From the NCBI GenBank assembly GCA_037968615.1, contig JBBKVX010000083.1, positions 31,634 through 95,633 on the forward strand: a DNA stretch of 64,000 nucleotides, in the 5' to 3' direction. The stretch's first letter is position 1. Every line of letters starts with the position of its first letter. The notes beneath the pieces were generated by a model, which made no database searches, was not told the DNA's origin, and saw nothing but the letters and a program-made list of their open reading frames with translations. Shown here in pieces: positions 59,636-64,000 of this stretch. Both the position numbers and the translations under genes were made by a program. Origin of the DNA: Rickettsiales bacterium. GTDB taxonomy: Bacteria > Pseudomonadota > Alphaproteobacteria > Rickettsiales > UBA3002.

Positions 59636-61008
59636 CCCGCCTCACCCACGACGCAGAAAACAGCACACCCATCATCCCCGTGAATGCCGACAACCTCGGT
59701 GGCTGGCTGGGCGAGCAGGACGAGATGACGCTCCTGTGGGCCGCGCAACAGCCCTTCACCGCCGCGCCCGACTCCACCCTCATGCTGCCCGACAGCACTG
59801 GCCGTCTGCGCGCCATACTGGCCGGAGCCGACGCATGTTTTCCCATCTGGTCGATCGCGCATTTGCCTGCGTTGTTGCCACCGGGAAATTACCATTTGGA
59901 TTGTGATTGGGACGCCGATAAGCAAGCCGATGCCGCACTCGGGTTCCTGCTCGCGCAGTACCAGTTCACCGCCTACCGCAAGCAAGAGCAAAAAGCGCTC
60001 ACCCTTTCCGTGGCGAAGGATGTGAACATCGCCAGCGTCATGCGCCGTTACGCCGCCATCGCCCTCACGCGCGACCTCATCAACATGCCGCCGAACGATA
60101 TGCACCCGCCCGCACTGGCCGATGCCGCCAAAGCGCTCGCCAAGCGCGTAGGCGCGAAATGCGCGGTCATTTCCGGCGATGATCTGCTGAAAAAGAACTA
60201 TCCCGCCATTCATGCTGTGGGCCGCGCTTCGGCGCAGCCATCGCAATTCATCGAGATCAACCACGGAAATCCCGACCATCCGCTGGTAGTGCTGGTGGGT
60301 AAGGGCGTGACGTTCGACACTGGCGGGCTCGACCTGAAGCCGCTGTCCGGCATGAAGCTGATGAAAAAAGACATGGGCGGCGCCGCCATCATGTTGGGGC
60401 TTACCCAGCTCATCATCGAGGAAAAACTACCCATCCGCATCCGCACGCTGATTCCGGCGGTGGAGAACATGGTGGGCGGCAACGCCTTCCGCCCGCAGGA
60501 TATTCTGCCCACCCGTAAGGGCCTCACCATCGAAATTGGCTCGCCCGATGCCGAAGGCCGGGTCATTCTCGCCGATGCGCTGTTCGAGGGCGACAAATCC
60601 AACCCCGCGCTGATGATCGATGTGGCCACCCTCACCGGCGCGGCGCGCACGGCGCTGGGCACCGAACTGCCCGCGCTCTACAGCAACCGCGACGAAGTAG
60701 CGCACGACATTGTAAAACACAGCCACAGCAGCGCTGACCCCATGTGGCACATGCCGCTCTGGCCCGGCTACGCCAAATATCTGGCCAGCCCGGTGGCCGA
60801 CATCACCAATTCGCCGAACTACAATTTCGGTGGCAGCATTACCGCTGCCTTGTTCCTCGAAAAATTCGTCAGCCCCAGCACGCCATGGGTGCATATCGAC
60901 GCCTACGCCTGGAACCCCGACAATAATCCCGGTCGCCCCATGGGCGGCGAAGGCATGTGCATCCGCGCACTGTTCAGTTACCTGAGCGCGCGGTTCGCAC
61001 AGGGTTGA
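59632..61008 (+). CDS. M17 leucyl aminopeptidase family protein
   Basis: LVGKGVTFDTGGLDLK, MKKDMGGAA, SPDAEGRVILADAL and ATLTGAAR. ATGA overlap with the GNAT gene. Confidence 0.95.
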   Translation: MTRLTHDAENSTPIIPVNADNLGGWLGEQDEMTLLWAAQQPFTAAPDSTLMLPDSTGRLRAILAGADACFPIWSIAHLPALLPPGNYHLDCDWDADKQADAALGFLLAQYQFTAYRKQEQKALTLSVAKDVNIASVMRRYAAIALTRDLINMPPNDMHPPALADAAKALAKRVGAKCAVISGDDLLKKNYPAIHAVGRASAQPSQFIEINHGNPDHPLVVLVGKGVTFDTGGLDLKPLSGMKLMKKDMGGAAIMLGLTQLIIEEKLPIRIRTLIPAVENMVGGNAFRPQDILPTRKGLTIEIGSPDAEGRVILADALFEGDKSNPALMIDVATLTGAARTALGTELPALYSNRDEVAHDIVKHSHSSADPMWHMPLWPGYAKYLASPVADITNSPNYNFGGSITAALFLEKFVSPSTPWVHIDAYAWNPDNNPGRPMGGEGMCIRALFSYLSARFAQG

Positions 61009-61057
61009 AGCGGCGCGTTTGATCCAGTAAGTTCATTAAAACGTCACATTCAAAAGC

Positions 61058-61438
61058 ATGCCGCTGGTTATAATCAGCGGCATGTATGATCGATTTGACT
61101 ATGGCAACGAGCGCTACCGAATCCGCGAAGGTTTTAAGGGACTAGCCACATGGCTACAACTGCCGCCTGCTGCATTTCTCGATACGGTCGCGGCTATGCC
61201 GCTGACTGATGTGCGCGCGCAAAAGGCAATGGAGCATGCCCGCTCCACGGCCCAGCACAGTATTGAACCCGGCTCGTCACAAGACAAAGAATTCCAACAT
61301 CTGATGGCGCGTTGGGAAAAACTGGCAGAAAAAGCAAAAGCGACATCCGCGCAGAAACGCAGTGAGGCCCAACAAAGCCGACTGCAGCGATTGGCAAACG
61401 TCAAAAGGAACCCCAGCAACGACTCATTTGCCCGTTAA
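61058..61438 (+). CDS. Orphan hypothetical protein (126 aa; alternative start 61082)
   Basis: Fills the gap between the peptidase and mutS. Lower GC; helical, basic C-terminus. Confidence 0.55.
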   Translation: MPLVIISGMYDRFDYGNERYRIREGFKGLATWLQLPPAAFLDTVAAMPLTDVRAQKAMEHARSTAQHSIEPGSSQDKEFQHLMARWEKLAEKAKATSAQKRSEAQQSRLQRLANVKRNPSNDSFAR

Positions 61439-61441
61439 ATT

Positions 61442-64000
61442 TTAAAGCGAACGCTTTAACTCCGCTAAAATATCCAGAGCTTCGCGGGGAGTAATTCCAT
61501 CCACATCAACCTTTGCTAGCCGTTCAGCCAATTTGTTGGTGGTCTGCGCAGGTTGCTGAAATAAAGGCAAATCTGATGGGGACTTGGATTCGGTTAGACT
61601 ATGGCCGGACTCCAATGTCTGCAACAATTTCTTGGCGCGCACCAATACTGGCTGCGGCATGCCAGCCAACGCCGCAACATGAATGCCGTACGACTTGTCG
61701 GCGAAGCCGGGAGTGATGGTGTGCAGAAACACCAACGTGCCTTTAAATTCTTTGGCGGTGGCGTGATAATTTTTTAAACGCGGCAGCGTTTCGGCCAGCG
61801 CGGTGAGTTCGTGGTAATGGGTGGCGAATAACGCGCGGCATTGGGTGACGTTATGCAAATGCTCGGCCACTGCCCACGCGATGGATACGCCATCGTACGT
61901 CGCCGTGCCTCGGCCGATTTCATCGAGCACCACAAGCGATTGCGCGGTGGCCTGATGCAGTATGGCGGCGGTTTCCACCATTTCCACCATGAAGGTCGAT
62001 TGCCCGCGCGCCAGATCGTCCGCCGCGCCAACGCGGCAGAACAGCTTGTCGACAAGCCCGATGGTGGCAGCTTCCGCCGGAACAAAACTGCCCATCTGCG
62101 CGAGGATGACCAGCACCGCCTGTTGCCGCAAGAACGTGGATTTGCCGCCCATGTTCGGGCCAGTGATGAGCCAGAGCTGGCTGGCCGCATCCATCGCGCA
62201 ATCGTTGGCGATGAATTCCTGATGCGTGCGCTTCAGCGCCTCCTCCACCACCGGATGGCGCCCCCCTGAGATGGCAAGGTTCGGTTGCGTGGTGAGCGTG
62301 GGCCGCACCCAGCGCCCCTCCTCCGCCCGCTGGGCCAAGGCGGCAGCCACATCGAGCGCGGCAAGCGCACGTGCGGCAACGATGATTTCCTCTGCCGCTT
62401 TAATGACCTCAGCGCGCAGCTCCTCGAACACCATCAGTTCCAACTGCTGCGATTTCTCCGCCGCATCTTCAATTTTGCGGGCAGTGTCGTTCAGCTCCAC
62501 CGTGCTGTAACGCAACGCCCCCGCGAGGCCTTGGCGATGGATGAAATCGACGGGAACTTTCTTTTCATGAATGGCGGTAATTTCGATGAAATAGCCCAGC
62601 ACATTGTTTTGTTTGATTTTCAGCGACGGAATGCCCGTATCGGCTTTCAGCTTGGTTTCCATTGCCGCGATGACGCGTTTCGATTCATCGCGCAGGCGGC
62701 GGTATTCGTCGAGATCGGCGCGGTATCCCTCGGCTACGAAATTCCCATCACGTGCCAAATGCGGCGCTTCGGGTTTCAACGCCCGCACTAACAATTCACC
62801 AAGTGTATGGTGCCCCTTCAGCGCCTCACGCGCGTGCGCCAACCCATCGGGCAGGTTCAGCGGGCGCAAATGTTCGCGCAGCAGGTTCGCTTGCGTCAGC
62901 CCACCCGCCAGCAATAGCAAATCGCGCGGGCCGCCACGGCCCAGCGCCAAACGGCCCACAGCACGCTCCATATCGGGAATGGTTTTAAGCGTGGCGCGCA
63001 AGGTGGCGCGAAGGCTGGTCGCCTCCAACATATATTCCACCCCACTCACCCGCGCGCTAATAGCGTGGATGTCGCAGAGCGGCGCGGAAAGCTGTTGGCA
63101 CAGCAGGCGGCTGCCCGCCGAAGTGAGCGTGCGGTCGATGGTGGCGAACAGGCTGCCCCGGCGCTGGCCCGCCAGCGTTTGCACCAGTTCGAGGTTGCGG
63201 CGCGTGGCGGCATCCATTTGCAAACTGGCCGCCGCAAGTTCGCGCTTCGGCGCATCGATACGCGCCACGGCGTCGAGCTGCGTCAGCTTCAGGTAATCCA
63301 GCAGCACACCGCAGGCGGTCACTTCTTCCGGGGCGAACGCGCCGAACGCCGTAAGCTCACCCACTTTATAATGCTCGCGCAACTGGCGTTCGGCGGCCCG
63401 CGCATCGAACAACACATCGGGGCGCGCGGTGCACAGGCCGCGCCATTCATGGAACCAGGGCTGCCCCACCAGCGCCTCGTGGGCCGAAATGCTGAGCAAC
63501 AATTCGCGCGGCTGCAATCGCGCCAACAACGCAGGCAACTCGCCCACATTCAAAGCGCTGGCGGTGAATTCACCCGTGGACAGATCGAGCCACGCCACGG
63601 CGGCGTTGCTGCCCTCCAGCGCGAGGCTGGCCAGCCATTGCGATTGCTCGGGCGCTAACAACGTTTCCTCAGTAATGGTGCCGGGCGTGACAACGCGCAC
63701 CACCTCACGGCGCACCACTTCTTTGTGGCCGCCACGTTTTTTGGCCTGCGCGGGCGTTTCCATCTGTTCGCAAATCGCCACCTTCACGCCCGAGGCGATG
63801 AGCTTCTGCAAATACATATCCGCCGCATGCACGGGAACCCCGCACATGGGAATGTCGTCGCCTGCATGTTTGCCGCGTTTAGTGAGGGCGATGTCGAGGA
63901 TGCCGGACGCCGTCACCGCATCGTCGAAGAACAGCTCGTAAAAATCGCCCATGCGATAAAAAAGCAGGCAGTCGGGATAGGCGAGTTTCACCTTCAAATA
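61442..64000 (-). CDS. mutS: DNA mismatch repair protein MutS (5' end beyond the window)
   Basis: [57 protein letters not shown] and SYGIHVA. The frame is open to the window edge. Confidence 0.98.
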   Translation of the reverse strand, partial: YLKVKLAYPDCLLFYRMGDFYELFFDDAVTASGILDIALTKRGKHAGDDIPMCGVPVHAADMYLQKLIASGVKVAICEQMETPAQAKKRGGHKEVVRREVVRVVTPGTITEETLLAPEQSQWLASLALEGSNAAVAWLDLSTGEFTASALNVGELPALLARLQPRELLLSISAHEALVGQPWFHEWRGLCTARPDVLFDARAAERQLREHYKVGELTAFGAFAPEEVTACGVLLDYLKLTQLDAVARIDAPKRELAAASLQMDAATRRNLELVQTLAGQRRGSLFATIDRTLTSAGSRLLCQQLSAPLCDIHAISARVSGVEYMLEATSLRATLRATLKTIPDMERAVGRLALGRGGPRDLLLLAGGLTQANLLREHLRPLNLPDGLAHAREALKGHHTLGELLVRALKPEAPHLARDGNFVAEGYRADLDEYRRLRDESKRVIAAMETKLKADTGIPSLKIKQNNVLGYFIEITAIHEKKVPVDFIHRQGLAGALRYSTVELNDTARKIEDAAEKSQQLELMVFEELRAEVIKAAEEIIVAARALAALDVAAALAQRAEEGRWVRPTLTTQPNLAISGGRHPVVEEALKRTHQEFIANDCAMDAASQLWLITGPNMGGKSTFLRQQAVLVILAQMGSFVPAEAATIGLVDKLFCRVGAADDLARGQSTFMVEMVETAAILHQATAQSLVVLDEIGRGTATYDGVSIAWAVAEHLHNVTQCRALFATHYHELTALAETLPRLKNYHATAKEFKGTLVFLHTITPGFADKSYGIHVAALAGMPQPVLVRAKKLLQTLESGHSLTESKSPSDLPLFQQPAQTTNKLAERLAKVDVDGITPREALDILAELKRSL

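Overview
GC-rich alphaproteobacterial chromosome segment made mostly of recognisable housekeeping blocks: the flagellar class II operon (fliF-fliG-fliH-fliN-flbD-flhA, plus the start of flhF), rpmF-plsX-fabH-ihfA-merR, dapA-smpB, addB, acnA/ccmAB, mltB-rlpA-dacA-tmk-holB-metG-tatD, queE-queC-queF, metZ, rpoZ-spoT, pdxJ-acpS, lipA-ratA, corA, ohr, frmA-fghA, an M17 peptidase and mutS (truncated by the window end). There are four tRNA genes: all three tRNA-Pro isoacceptors and tRNA-Ser(GGA). I found no integrase, transposase, prophage, rRNA or CRISPR array. The unexplained material lies at breaks between the conserved blocks: (1) a 489-aa two-domain cytidine-deaminase-fold protein with one intact and one dead zinc site; (2) several orphan ORFs with hydrophobic helices and/or short charged C-terminal tails, possibly a dispersed exported-effector set; (3) inverted copies of the tRNA-Pro 3' end wrapped around the terminators of two tRNA-Pro genes; (4) a TPR-like/GT-D-fold glycosyltransferase plus beta-propeller pair next to an AT-rich intergenic region with three DnaA-box matches; (5) a His-less Hpt-like protein behind a tandem DUF192 pair; (6) a 46-aa Gln/Pro/Ser/Asn-rich ORF with its own RBS and terminator, missed by the ORF track. 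All family calls come from motif recognition by eye; no database searches were run.
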